From: an uncultured Candidatus Saccharibacteria bacterium
Lineage (GTDB): Bacteria > Patescibacteriota > Saccharimonadia > Saccharimonadales > CAYZZS01
Direction: 5' to 3'
Length of the DNA stretch: 64,000 bases
Assembly (NCBI GenBank): GCA_964620175.1
Contig: CAZUIL010000001.1
Span: 12,584-76,583 of the forward strand
The position numbers and the translations under genes are program-made. This document shows, in pieces, positions 10,147 through 20,696 of the stretch; position 1 is the first letter of the stretch, and each line of letters begins with the position of its first letter. The notes under the pieces were generated by a model. The model made no database searches and was not told where the DNA came from. It saw nothing but the letters and a program-made list of their open reading frames with translations.

Positions 10147-10576
10147 CCATGTTGTAGCCGGGGCTGTGATCGCAACGGCGTTCAAAAACCCGGTTGTCGC
10201 GTTGCCGCTCGCGTTCATGTCGCACTTCTTGCTCGATGCACTGCCACACTACGGCATTAAGGACCATACGACACCAAAGTTTGTGTATATATTAAGCCTT
10301 GATTTTGCTGTAGCCACGAGCTTTTTGTTGGCACTGGCTTTGCTTCAGCCACAGGGCTGGCAATACTTTCTACTGGCGGCTGTTGTCAGCGCCAGTCCAG
10401 ATCTGATGTGGCTGCCGCGCTGGATTAATGAATTGCGTTCCCGGGAGAACAGGCCGCTTCGCGGGCTTTCCAAATTGCATAGTAGCATCCAATGGAGCGA
10501 GCGTCCCTGGGGAGCACTCATTGAGGTCGCTGCTTTTGTCCTCGGTGTTTACGTTTTCCTCACGCTTTCCGCCTGA
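10133..10576 (+). CDS. Membrane protein, possible metal-dependent hydrolase (YdjM-like)
   Basis: Multiple TM helices with NH, SHFLLDALPH, SPD and H-x-x-IQW motifs. Confidence 0.6.
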   Translation: MTAANHVVAGAVIATAFKNPVVALPLAFMSHFLLDALPHYGIKDHTTPKFVYILSLDFAVATSFLLALALLQPQGWQYFLLAAVVSASPDLMWLPRWINELRSRENRPLRGLSKLHSSIQWSERPWGALIEVAAFVLGVYVFLTLSA

Positions 10577-10620
10577 GTTAGTCTGGATAGGACCTGGGTA
10601 ATATGGTAGAGTAAACCTCT

Positions 10621-11913
10621 ATGCATGTTGAGATTACAAAAGACGCGCCGACTAAAGTTCGGCTTACTATTAAAGGGAGCTCGGAGGAGTTGTCAAAATA
10701 TAAGGACATAGCACTTCGCCGGCTCAGTAAGAACCTGAAGGTGCCGGGTTTCCGGCAAGGCAAAGCACCCCATGCCGTCGTCGAGAAGCACATTGACCAA
10801 AATGTACTGCAGGGCGAATTCCTCGAGGAAGCGCTGGGCCAGCTATACGCTAAGGCTGCCCAAGACCAGGGGTTGCGGCCGGTAGACCGTCCGGAAGTTT
10901 CACTCAAAAAGTTCGTTCCATACAGCGTGCTTGAATTCGAGGCCGCCGTTGAAACCGTCAGCGATATCAAGCTACCGGACTATAAAAAGATAAAGAAGCA
11001 GCGGCAGACAGTAAAGGTCACCGAATCAGATGTTGACAAGGTGATTGAAAGCCTGCGCAACCGAGCCGCTGATAGGCGAGAGGTGGACCGGTCTGCAAAA
11101 GAAGGTGACCAGGTAGTGATAGATTTCTCCGGCAAGGATACCGAAGGCCAGCCTGTCCAAGGCGCAGAAGGAAAGGACTATCCATTGCTGCTTGGCAGCG
11201 ACGCGTTTATACCTGGTTTTGAGAAGCACCTCATCGGGATGAAGGCCGGAGAGGACAAATCCTTCACCTTAACTTTCCCGAAGGATTACGGTGCCAGGAT
11301 ACTGCAAGGTAAAAAAGTAATGTTTACGGTTACCGTCAACAAGGTACTTGAAGTGACCGAGCCGAAGGTTGACGATGCATTCGCTATGAAGGTCAGCCCA
11401 TTTAAAACCCTCGGCGAGTTGAGGGCGGACATTAAGCGACAAGTTATAGCTGAGCGTGAGAATCAGGCACGTACAGATTTGGAAAACGCGATCTTAGCCG
11501 ACATCATCAGTAAGACGAAAGTAGAGTTGCCCAAACGGCTTATAGACGAACAAGTGGACAGACTGATGCAGGAAGTACGTCAAAACCTAACGTACCAGGG
11601 ACTTACACTGAAGGAATATTTAGAGAACGAAGGGAAAACCGAACAACAGTTCCGCAATGACTCCCTACTGCCTCAGGCAATAGAACGGCTGAAAGGCGGA
11701 CTTGCCCTAAGTGAAATCGCTGAGCGGGAAAGCGTTACGGTTACACCTGAAGAACTTGAAGTGCGGATGCAGCTATTAAGCGGGCAGTACCAGGATAAGG
11801 CCATGCAGGCGGAACTCCAAAAGCCTGAGGCCCGGCGTGAGATAGCATCCCGAATGACAACTGAAAAAACGATGGACCTGCTGGTACAGTTCGCAGAAAC
11901 CAACAAGAAGTAA
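10621..11913 (+). CDS. tig: Trigger factor
   Basis: VPGFRQGKAP ribosome-binding motif; FKBP domain with FIPGFE and FPKDY. Confidence 0.97.
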   Translation: MHVEITKDAPTKVRLTIKGSSEELSKYKDIALRRLSKNLKVPGFRQGKAPHAVVEKHIDQNVLQGEFLEEALGQLYAKAAQDQGLRPVDRPEVSLKKFVPYSVLEFEAAVETVSDIKLPDYKKIKKQRQTVKVTESDVDKVIESLRNRAADRREVDRSAKEGDQVVIDFSGKDTEGQPVQGAEGKDYPLLLGSDAFIPGFEKHLIGMKAGEDKSFTLTFPKDYGARILQGKKVMFTVTVNKVLEVTEPKVDDAFAMKVSPFKTLGELRADIKRQVIAERENQARTDLENAILADIISKTKVELPKRLIDEQVDRLMQEVRQNLTYQGLTLKEYLENEGKTEQQFRNDSLLPQAIERLKGGLALSEIAERESVTVTPEELEVRMQLLSGQYQDKAMQAELQKPEARREIASRMTTEKTMDLLVQFAETNKK

Positions 11914-11922
11914 AGAAGATAA

Positions 11923-11949
11923 TTAGCACTCTTGACCAACGAGTGCTAA
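11923..11949. promoter_or_regulatory. CIRCE element (HrcA operator) overlapping the putative clpP promoter
   Basis: Perfect TTAGCACTC-N9-GAGTGCTAA. TTGACC (11932-11937) lies inside the spacer and TATGCT at 11956-11961. Confidence 0.92.
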
Positions 11950-12000
11950 TTACAGTATGCTTGTATGGGTAAGGGTATGATAAGCGTGAATGATACAAGC

Positions 12001-12606
12001 ATGAAACCGACAAGTTTTTTGATCCCAACCGTTATCGAAAGCGACGGCCGTATTGAGCGGGCGTATGACATATACTCCCGGCTGCTCAAAGACCGGATAG
12101 TGTTTTTAGGGGAAGATGTCAACCAACACACTGCGAACTTAATAGTCGCCCAGCTGCTTTTTTTGCAGGCCGAGGATGACAAGAAGGATATTTACCTCTA
12201 CATCAACAGCCCGGGCGGCAGCGTTTATGATGCGCTGGCTATTTATGACACCATACAATACGTTACCAATGACGTACAGACAGTCGGTATTGGCGTGCAA
12301 GCTTCAGCCGCTGCTTTTCTGCTGAGTTCGGGTACCAAGGGCAAGCGTTACTTGCTGCCGCACTCGACGGTGATGATCCACCAACCGTCCAGCGGTACAC
12401 GCGGCAAGGTGACTGACCAAGAAATTGATTTAAGGGAGTCATTGCGGGTTAAGCGGCTGCTTGAGTCAATAATGGCACGCAACACCGGCCAGCCGTTGGA
12501 GCGCATCCATGAGGATATGGAGCGCGACAAATGGATGGATGCTAAGGAATCCAAGAAATACGGCATCGTCGATCATGTCATCGAGACTGTAGCGTCGGTA
12601 AAATAG
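12001..12606 (+). CDS. clpP: ATP-dependent Clp protease proteolytic subunit
   Basis: [24 protein letters not shown] (catalytic Ser), MIHQP, MERD. Start position approximate. Confidence 0.97.
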   Translation: MKPTSFLIPTVIESDGRIERAYDIYSRLLKDRIVFLGEDVNQHTANLIVAQLLFLQAEDDKKDIYLYINSPGGSVYDALAIYDTIQYVTNDVQTVGIGVQASAAAFLLSSGTKGKRYLLPHSTVMIHQPSSGTRGKVTDQEIDLRESLRVKRLLESIMARNTGQPLERIHEDMERDKWMDAKESKKYGIVDHVIETVASVK

Positions 12607-12635
12607 TTGACGCCGCTGAATAAACACGGTAAGCT
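12607..12635 (+). promoter_or_regulatory. sigma70-type promoter of rpoBC
   Basis: TTGACG-N17-TAAGCT, followed by a ~150 nt leader and a GGGGAGGT SD. Confidence 0.6.
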
Positions 12636-12787
12636 CATATCTAAGAAGTAGTGTAAGCTGGGCAGTGCTCGCATTTATGACAACACGACACCCAAAACAC
12701 CCGCTTAGTTTCCTTCGCGCGCTAAAGGTAAAACAATACACAAACCGTCCAAAACAGCACTAAGTAATAGGGGAGGTGTTATTACGC

Positions 12788-15700
12788 ATGGCAAAGACTG
12801 CAGCGAAACCAGCGGCAAAGCAGGCAACTAAGGGAAAAAGGATCTTCTTCACTGAGACGCAAGATATCCTTGACATGCCGAACCTTGTCGACCATCAGAA
12901 CCGTTCATTCCAATGGTTCGTAGAAGAGGGGCTAGGCGAACTTTTAGCCGAAATAAGTCCGATTGATGATTACACGGGAACCAAGCTTAGCTTGCGTTTT
13001 AAGGGGTACCGCTTTGAAGACCCCAAAATGGGCGAGGCCGATGCCCGGGAGAACAATGTTAGCTACGAAGCGCCCCTGAAGGCGACGGTAGAGCTTACGA
13101 ATAAGGTAACCGGCGAGGTAAAAGAGCAAGAGATATACCTTGGTGATTACCCATGGATGACCAAGCGAGGCACGTTTGTCATTAACGGTGCTGAGCGAGT
13201 GGTGGTGAGCCAGCTGATCCGGTCGGCGGGCGTATTCTTCACGGCTGACACGCACGGAACGTCAAATTTATATGGCGCTAAAGTTATTCCTGGGCGCGGT
13301 GCCTGGCTTGAGTTTGAGACTGCCGCCAACGGTGCCATTTACGTAAAAATTGACCGCAAACGCAAGATTCCTGTGACCACTCTGCTGCGCGCGCTGGGTG
13401 TTTCAGAGGCAAAGATGCGCGAAGTCTTCGCACACGTTGACCAGGGCAAACTGAACTACCTTGACGCCACGCTTGACAAAGACCCGGCTCGGGGGACCAA
13501 TGAAGCGCTCATTGAAGTGTACCGTCGGCTCCGCCCCGGCGACCTGGCTACGGTCGACAATGCCCGGAGTTTGCTCGAGAACATGTTCTATAACTTCAAG
13601 CGTTTTGATTTCAGCCGGGTTGGCCGGTACAAGATTAACAAACGACTCAATCTGGATGTACCGAATACTATCGAGAACCGCGTTATGCGACTCGATGACC
13701 TGCTGGCAATCGTTTCCGAAATAATCCGGCTCAACAATACGCAGGAACCAGCTGATGATATCGACTCGCTTGCGAACCGGCGTGTAAAGCTGGTGGGCGA
13801 GCTTGTGCAGCGGCAGTTCCGTATTGGCTTGCTCCGTATGGAACGCAATACAAAAGACCGCATGAGCATGTCGGAAATCGAAACGGTAACACCAGGCCAG
13901 CTTATTAACGCGCGGCCAATCGTTGCTGCTGTACGCGAATTCTTCGCATCGAGCCAGCTTTCGCAGTTCATGGACCAAATTAACCCACTGTCAGAACTGG
14001 CGCATAAGCGTCGCCTCAGTTCGATGGGACCGGGAGGCTTGAGCCGTGAACGTGCTGGATTTGAGGTCCGCGATGCCCATGCAACCCACTACGGACGCAT
14101 TTGTCCTGTAGAAACCCCGGAAGGCGCTAACATCGGCTTGGTGCTTAACCTGGCAATGTACGCACGGATTAATGAATACGGCTTTATAGAAACCCCGTAT
14201 CGCAAGGTGATCAATGCGGTTACCCCAGCGGAAGCTGCCGGTTATACCGCCAGCGTTGACCTGGAGGATGAAAGCGGTAAGGTTATCGTTAAGGCTGGCA
14301 AAACAATTACAGCAGCTGATGCCAAGAAACTGGCCGCTGTTAAGAGCCAAAAGACTTGGCCGGTCCAAGCTGTAGTTACCAATAAAGTGGAGTTTCTTGA
14401 CGCTGCCGAAGAGGAGGCAGCGGTTATTGCAAGCGCCGCTGAGGAAACTGACCAAAACGGCCATTTTGTCAACGAGCGCGTCAGCGCCCGCAACCGGTTG
14501 GTATTCGGCGAAGTTGACGCCAATGATATTACGCACATGGACGCGGCCCGCAAGCAGGTGATTGGTTCGAGCGCTGGACTGATACCGTTTATTGAAAAAA
14601 ATTACGTGTACCGCTCATTGATGGGAAGCAACCAGCAGCGTCAGGCTGTGCCGCTTATCTCCCCTTCTTCGCCTATCGTGGGTACGGGCCTGGAAACGGC
14701 TGCTGCCCGCAACACCGGCCAAGTAATTGCTGCCGAGGGCAACGGCGAAGTCCTAAAGGCGAGCGCCCAAGAAGTGGTGGTGAAATATAAAGACGGTACC
14801 GTTACATATGAGCCCCAACATTTTGTAAGGAGCAACGAAGGAACCTGTATAAACCAACGGGTAGTAGTTAATACCGGCGATAAGGTAAAAGCTGGTGACG
14901 TATTAATTGAAGGCATGTCAATCGCCGACGGCGAACTGGCCCTCGGAAAGGACCTTGTTGTCGCGTTTATGCCGTGGAGCGGTTATAACTTTGAGGACGC
15001 AATCGTTATTTCCCGCAAGCTGGTTGAGGACGACACGCTGACGTCTATCCACATCGTTGACTTCATGACCGAAGTCCGCGAAACAAAGCTGGGTCCGGAA
15101 ATTGTAACCCGTGATATCCCTAACGTTTCAGAAGACGCCCTTCGTCACCTCGATGAAGACGGGATAGTCAGGATCGGTGCCGAGGTGCACCCAGGGGACA
15201 TACTTGTCGGTAAGATTACGCCGAAGGGTGAGCAGGAGCTGTCAAGCGAAGAGCGGTTGCTTCGGGCAATCTTTGGCGAAAAGGCCAAAGAAGTTCGTGA
15301 TACGTCACAACGGATGAGCAACGGCAAGCACGGCAAGGTCGTAGGGGTCAAGGTGTTCTCCCGTGCGCACGGCCATGAACTCAAGGCCGGCGTCATCATG
15401 CAAATCCAGGTATTCGTCGCCCAGATGCGAAAGATAGCTGTTGGTGATAAGCTGGGCGGCCGTCATGGCAACAAGGGCGTTATAGCCCGGATTTTGCCAG
15501 TTGAGGATATGCCGTTCATGGAAGACGGCACGCCGGTTGATATTTTGCTAAATCCGCTGGGTGTTCCATCGCGTATGAATATCGGCCAGCTGTTTGAGAC
15601 ACATCTTGGCATGGCAGCACGGGCGCTTGGCATGAAAGTAGCTAGCCCTTCATTTGACGGGGTCTCAAGCGAAAAGATCCGGGACTTGCTGGGTGAAGCC

Positions 15701-16357
15701 GGCCTGCCGGAAGACGGCAAGCAGCAGCTCTATGATGGCCGTACCGGCGAAGCGTTCAAAGAGCGGACAACAGTAGGCAGCATGTACATCATCAAACTGA
15801 ACCACATGATTGCGGATAAGATACACGCCCGCTCAACAGGGCCGTACACCATGGTGACACAACAGCCGCTTGGCGGTAAGGCACAAAACGGCGGTCAGCG
15901 GTTTGGTGAGATGGAAGTCTGGGCGCTCGAAGCCTATGGCGCTGCCAATACGCTCCAGGAAATGCTGACGATTAAATCTGACGACGTATACGGCCGCAGC
16001 AAGGCTTACGAATCAATCATTAAGCGGACAGAAATAGTCGGGCCAAAGGTGCCTGAGAGCTTCAATGTGCTTGTTAAAGAGCTTCAGGGCCTCGGACTTA
16101 AGGTGGATTTGATTTCTTCCAATAAGATAGTGGATGCTGAAGACGTCCTTGCGACCAATATCAAGGATGAAGCGGCCAATCAGGCCGAGATAGAAGTGCC
16201 GCAAGACGAAGTGTCAGAAGTAGACGTTACCGATGATGCAACGACTGATGAGTTTACCGTGCTGGAGCTGGAAGACGAGCTGCCTGCCGGGGTCGCCGCA
16301 ACACAAGATGATGACGACGAGAATGGCAATGAAGAGGACGATAAGGAGGCAGCGTAA
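12788..16357 (+). CDS. rpoB: RNA polymerase beta subunit
   Basis: GTFVINGAERVVVSQL, CPVETPEGANIGL, GDKLGGRHGNKG, GGQRFGEMEVWALEAYGA; acidic C-terminal tail. Confidence 0.99.
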   Translation: MAKTAAKPAAKQATKGKRIFFTETQDILDMPNLVDHQNRSFQWFVEEGLGELLAEISPIDDYTGTKLSLRFKGYRFEDPKMGEADARENNVSYEAPLKATVELTNKVTGEVKEQEIYLGDYPWMTKRGTFVINGAERVVVSQLIRSAGVFFTADTHGTSNLYGAKVIPGRGAWLEFETAANGAIYVKIDRKRKIPVTTLLRALGVSEAKMREVFAHVDQGKLNYLDATLDKDPARGTNEALIEVYRRLRPGDLATVDNARSLLENMFYNFKRFDFSRVGRYKINKRLNLDVPNTIENRVMRLDDLLAIVSEIIRLNNTQEPADDIDSLANRRVKLVGELVQRQFRIGLLRMERNTKDRMSMSEIETVTPGQLINARPIVAAVREFFASSQLSQFMDQINPLSELAHKRRLSSMGPGGLSRERAGFEVRDAHATHYGRICPVETPEGANIGLVLNLAMYARINEYGFIETPYRKVINAVTPAEAAGYTASVDLEDESGKVIVKAGKTITAADAKKLAAVKSQKTWPVQAVVTNKVEFLDAAEEEAAVIASAAEETDQNGHFVNERVSARNRLVFGEVDANDITHMDAARKQVIGSSAGLIPFIEKNYVYRSLMGSNQQRQAVPLISPSSPIVGTGLETAAARNTGQVIAAEGNGEVLKASAQEVVVKYKDGTVTYEPQHFVRSNEGTCINQRVVVNTGDKVKAGDVLIEGMSIADGELALGKDLVVAFMPWSGYNFEDAIVISRKLVEDDTLTSIHIVDFMTEVRETKLGPEIVTRDIPNVSEDALRHLDEDGIVRIGAEVHPGDILVGKITPKGEQELSSEERLLRAIFGEKAKEVRDTSQRMSNGKHGKVVGVKVFSRAHGHELKAGVIMQIQVFVAQMRKIAVGDKLGGRHGNKGVIARILPVEDMPFMEDGTPVDILLNPLGVPSRMNIGQLFETHLGMAARALGMKVASPSFDGVSSEKIRDLLGEAGLPEDGKQQLYDGRTGEAFKERTTVGSMYIIKLNHMIADKIHARSTGPYTMVTQQPLGGKAQNGGQRFGEMEVWALEAYGAANTLQEMLTIKSDDVYGRSKAYESIIKRTEIVGPKVPESFNVLVKELQGLGLKVDLISSNKIVDAEDVLATNIKDEAANQAEIEVPQDEVSEVDVTDDATTDEFTVLELEDELPAGVAATQDDDDENGNEEDDKEAA

Positions 16358-19300
16358 TGCGAAGGTTTTCATACGGCACGGATATAGCTGACTTTGACGC
16401 GGTACGTTTGGCTGTGGCCAGCCCCGAGGACATACTTGATTGGTCCTACGGTGAGGTTACAAAGCCAGAAACTATCAACTACCGCACGCAGAAGCCGGAA
16501 CGGGATGGTTTGTTCTGCGAGCGTATATTTGGGCCTGTCAAAGATATCAATCCCCATGATGCAAAATACAAAGGGGTACGTTCGCGTGAAGCTGCCGTCG
16601 ATAAAAATGGCGAGCTGGTAACAAAAAGCATCGTTCGCCGCGAGCGCATGGGCCATATTAACTTGGCTGTCCCCGTTGCGCACATTTGGTTCCTTCGCGG
16701 CACGCCTTCAGCGATTGGCCTGGTGCTTGGCTTGACGGTCAAAAACCTTGAGCGTATCGCTTACTTTGCCAGCTATGTCATCAAAAGTGTCGACACTGAG
16801 GCACGTGACAAGATGCTGGCTGACAAAGAGGCTGAGTTTGCCGCTGCTAAAGAAGCGATCAAGGCGCGCTATGAAAAAGAGGCTGAGAAGGAAGAGGCTA
16901 ATCTTAAGGCACTTGCCGAATTGCAATCAAAAGAGCTTGACGAGGTGAGCGCCGAATTCGAGCAGTTGAGCGAACAGTTGGGAAGCCTGGAAAAACTGCG
17001 GCTCATCAGTGAAACCGAGTACCGTAGCCTGCCTGACGAGCTCCAGAAGATGATTCAAGTGGGAATGGGTGGCGCTGCTCTTAAAGACCTGCTGAGCGAA
17101 GTGGATCTCGAGCAACTGATTGCTGACTTAACCGCTGAGGCCGAAGAAGCCAAAGGACAGCGCAAGAAGAAGCTGATGAAGCGTCTGCGCTTGCTTGAGA
17201 GCATGCACCGGGCTGGCATTAAACCGAGCAGCCTGTGTGTTTCCGTTTTGCCGGTAATTCCCCCTGATCTGAGACCAATGGTCCAGCTGACAGGCGGCCG
17301 TTTCGCGACGAGCGACCTGAATGACCTCTACCGCCGGGTCATCAACCGCAACAACCGACTGAAGAAGCTGATTGAGCTTAACGCACCAGAAGTCATTCGG
17401 CGCAACGAGCAACGCATGCTGCAAGAAGCGGTTGACGCGCTCATCGACAACAATAATGCCCGCTCTGGCCGTGCAGTTGCCGCGACCGGGCAACGGCGCC
17501 GTCTCAAGAGCTTAAGTGACATGCTAAAGGGTAAGCAAGGCCGCTTTAGGCAAAACTTACTCGGTAAGCGTGTTGACTATTCCGGTCGTTCAGTAATCGT
17601 TGCCGGTCCGGAACTCAAGATTAACCAATGCGGCCTGCCGAAAATGATGGCGCTTGAACTCTTTAAGCCCTTCGTCATCGGCGAACTGATAGCGCGTGAA
17701 CAAGCCCACAATATCAGGAGCGCATCACGCATGATCGAGACCGGCGAAACGGCAGTATGGGACGCACTGGATGAAGTAATCAAGGGCAAGTATGTATTGC
17801 TCAACCGGGCTCCGTCTCTGCACCGCTTGAGTATCCAGGCGTTCCAGCCGGTACTGATTGAGGGTAAGGCAATCCAGCTGCACCCGCTGGTCTGTAAAGG
17901 CTTTAATGCGGACTTTGACGGCGACCAAATGGCTGTCCACTTGCCGCTGTCTGACGAAGCCCAGTGGGAGGCACGGGAAATAATGAGCGCCGCTAAGAAC
18001 CTGCTTAAGCCGGCGGATGGCTCGCCAATCCTCCATATCGAACAAGACATCGTACTCGGCTGTTACTATCTGACCTATGACCGGCCAGGCAGTAATACGA
18101 ATGTACGCACCTACTCAAATGCCGGCGAGGCGTTGATGGCGCTCGACAGCGGTGTAATTACGCTGCAGTCGCCTATTCGTGTGACATTTCGCGGTGAGGT
18201 AAGGGAAACGACTGTCGGAAGAGTACTGTTTAACGAAGTATTCCCCAAAGACTTCCCCTTCCAGAACGAACCGATGACCAAGAAGCGGCTTCAAAGGGTT
18301 ATGGCGCTCGTATTCGAGCGGTACGGGCAAGAACATACGGCAATAATCGCTGACCACCTCAAAGACCTCGGTTTTGAGTACGCGACGAAGTCCGGTATCT
18401 CAATGGGCATGAGTGACTTCAGTGATGTTGTTGGCTATGAAGGCATCATCGGCGAGGGTGAAAAGCGGGCCGCAGAAATTAGCGATCAGTACGACCAGGG
18501 ATTCATCACTGACGAAGAGCGGTACCGGTTAACTATTGAGAACTGGATGGCAGTCAAGGACAACATGCAGGAGCAGCTGAGCGAGCAGTTCAGCAAAGAA
18601 GACTCTGCTATGTCTATCGCTGTTATTTCCGGTGCCCGCGGAAATATCGGACAGGTTATGACCGCTGTCGGGTTGCTCGGCATCGTCACCGACGCCACTG
18701 GCCGTGACATTGAGCTGCCGATTCGGTCCAACTATAAGGTAGGCTTGTCGCCGCTCGAGTATTTTACCGCGACCCGTGGTGCCCGGAAGGGTATGATTGA
18801 CACGGCGCTAAAGACGGCGGACTCCGGCTATCTGACTCGTCGACTTGTTGACGTAAGCCAAGACGTGTTCACAATTGAAGACGACGGCGAATTAGATCCT
18901 GGTTTCGCAATCTACCGCGCAGATGCTAACGAGATTGGTGTTACCTACGCCTCTCGGCTCGAGGGACGGTTTGCCGCAGAGACAATCGGCAAGCACGTCA
19001 AGAAGGGCCAGCTCATTACCCGAGAGATTGCCGAAGCAATCGAGGCAGAGGAATCACTTGACGGTGTCAAGATAATGAGCGTGCTTAGCTGCACGAGCGT
19101 ACGCGGCGTACCGAGGAAGTCTTACGGCCTTGATCCAGCAACTGGCGAACTGGTAGCCGAACGTTACCCTGTCGGCGTCATCGCCGCGCAAAGCATTGGC
19201 GAGCCAGGTACCCAGCTTACCCTGCGCACCTTCCATGGCGGTGGTGTCGCAGGTGACGATATTACCCAAGGTCTGCCTCGCGTCGAAGAACTGTTTGAAG

Positions 19301-20157
19301 TCCGTACGCCAAAAGGCCAGGCATATTTGTCTGAAATTGCCGGGACAGTAACCGCGTGGGAAGAAGGCGACCACTATATAGTGCAAGTTGCCGCTGAGGG
19401 CGAGGACAAGGTACAGCTGCAGCTAGAGGAGAGGACTCCACAAGTAGCAAACGGCACGGAAGTAGGCATCGGAGACGTAGTCGCTTCCCATGACGAAGGC
19501 GCGAGTCCGCTCGTGGCTCCGATAGCCGGGAAGGTCCACTTAACGAAGAAAACAGTCACGATTACCCCGACGAAACAGAGCGTTGTCCGCTATGAGATAC
19601 CTGGTTTCAAGCAGCTCGTGGTAAAAAACAATGATAAGGTTGTTGCCGGCCAGCGGCTGACAAACGGTTCGATTAACCTACATGAGTTGATGCGGTTGCA
19701 GGGCGTTGAAGCCACGCAGCGCTATATCATGAACGAGATATTGCGCATATTTGCTACCCAAGGGCAAAACATTGCCGACAAGCACCTGGAGATTATCGTA
19801 CGACAGATGTTCAGCCGTGTCCAAATCGAAGAAGCTGGTGACAGCGAATTTGTAACGGGTGACGTTGTAAGCAAGTTGGCGGTCGTTGAGGCTAACGAGC
19901 ACCTGATGAAGCAGGGCAAGCAGCCTGCCAAGTACAACCAACTGCTTCTGGGGATTACGAAAGCCAGCCTTTCTACCGACTCATTCCTCAGTGCGGCTAG
20001 CTTCCAGGATACGACCCGTGTGCTTATTGCGGCTGCTACGAGCGGCAAGGTCGATCACCTCTACGGTCTCAAGGAGAATGTCATACTTGGCCGGCCAATA
20101 CCGGTCGGTACTGGGTATAATCCCATTGAAGAGGAAGAAGAGATTGCAACAGGATAG
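16357..20157 (+). CDS. rpoC: RNA polymerase beta' subunit
   Basis: NADFDGD catalytic motif, QSIGEPGTQLTLRTFH, GLKENVILG. Confidence 0.99.
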   Translation: MRRFSYGTDIADFDAVRLAVASPEDILDWSYGEVTKPETINYRTQKPERDGLFCERIFGPVKDINPHDAKYKGVRSREAAVDKNGELVTKSIVRRERMGHINLAVPVAHIWFLRGTPSAIGLVLGLTVKNLERIAYFASYVIKSVDTEARDKMLADKEAEFAAAKEAIKARYEKEAEKEEANLKALAELQSKELDEVSAEFEQLSEQLGSLEKLRLISETEYRSLPDELQKMIQVGMGGAALKDLLSEVDLEQLIADLTAEAEEAKGQRKKKLMKRLRLLESMHRAGIKPSSLCVSVLPVIPPDLRPMVQLTGGRFATSDLNDLYRRVINRNNRLKKLIELNAPEVIRRNEQRMLQEAVDALIDNNNARSGRAVAATGQRRRLKSLSDMLKGKQGRFRQNLLGKRVDYSGRSVIVAGPELKINQCGLPKMMALELFKPFVIGELIAREQAHNIRSASRMIETGETAVWDALDEVIKGKYVLLNRAPSLHRLSIQAFQPVLIEGKAIQLHPLVCKGFNADFDGDQMAVHLPLSDEAQWEAREIMSAAKNLLKPADGSPILHIEQDIVLGCYYLTYDRPGSNTNVRTYSNAGEALMALDSGVITLQSPIRVTFRGEVRETTVGRVLFNEVFPKDFPFQNEPMTKKRLQRVMALVFERYGQEHTAIIADHLKDLGFEYATKSGISMGMSDFSDVVGYEGIIGEGEKRAAEISDQYDQGFITDEERYRLTIENWMAVKDNMQEQLSEQFSKEDSAMSIAVISGARGNIGQVMTAVGLLGIVTDATGRDIELPIRSNYKVGLSPLEYFTATRGARKGMIDTALKTADSGYLTRRLVDVSQDVFTIEDDGELDPGFAIYRADANEIGVTYASRLEGRFAAETIGKHVKKGQLITREIAEAIEAEESLDGVKIMSVLSCTSVRGVPRKSYGLDPATGELVAERYPVGVIAAQSIGEPGTQLTLRTFHGGGVAGDDITQGLPRVEELFEVRTPKGQAYLSEIAGTVTAWEEGDHYIVQVAAEGEDKVQLQLEERTPQVANGTEVGIGDVVASHDEGASPLVAPIAGKVHLTKKTVTITPTKQSVVRYEIPGFKQLVVKNNDKVVAGQRLTNGSINLHELMRLQGVEATQRYIMNEILRIFATQGQNIADKHLEIIVRQMFSRVQIEEAGDSEFVTGDVVSKLAVVEANEHLMKQGKQPAKYNQLLLGITKASLSTDSFLSAASFQDTTRVLIAAATSGKVDHLYGLKENVILGRPIPVGTGYNPIEEEEEIATG

Positions 20158-20282
20158 TAACTCTGGTAAAATTTACACCTGAGTTTCACAAGGAAGCAAC
20201 TAAGGCAGTTAAAACTGAGGTTTAGGGGTGTGCTGAGCCCGCTTTACTAAAATGGACTGCCGCTAGTTAAAGGAGCATTAGT
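20144..20282 (+). promoter_or_regulatory. str operon promoter and structured rpsL leader
   Basis: TTGCAA-N17-TAAAAT with TG extension. The leader pairs AACTAAGGCAGT with ACTGCCGCTAGTT just before the AAGGAG SD. Confidence 0.5.
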
Positions 20283-20696
20283 TTGCCAACAATCAATCAG
20301 CTTGTTCGAAAACCCCGTGCCAAGGCGTCTGAGAAATCAAAGTCGCCGGCTTTGATGCGGGTTACGAACAACTTAAAGACAAGACACTACGAAAAGCCAT
20401 CGCCGTTCAAGCGCGGCGTATGCGTTAAAGTGACGACCAAAACCCCGAAGAAGCCGAACTCGGCGCTTCGCAAGGTTGCCCGTGTACGTTTGAACAATGG
20501 CTATGAAGTGTGGGCGTACATTGGCGGTGAGGGCCATAACCTGCAGGAGCATGCGGTAGTATTGGTCCGCGGCGGCCGTGTAAAGGACCTTCCTGGTGTC
20601 CGCTACCACATTGTCCGCGGCAGCCTTGACCTGCAGGGTGTACAGAACCGCAAGCAGGGCCGCTCCAAATATGGTTCAAAGAAGGAGAGCAAGTAA
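20283..20696 (+). CDS. rpsL: 30S ribosomal protein S12
   Basis: [32 protein letters not shown]; TTG start. Confidence 0.99.
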   Translation: MPTINQLVRKPRAKASEKSKSPALMRVTNNLKTRHYEKPSPFKRGVCVKVTTKTPKKPNSALRKVARVRLNNGYEVWAYIGGEGHNLQEHAVVLVRGGRVKDLPGVRYHIVRGSLDLQGVQNRKQGRSKYGSKKESK

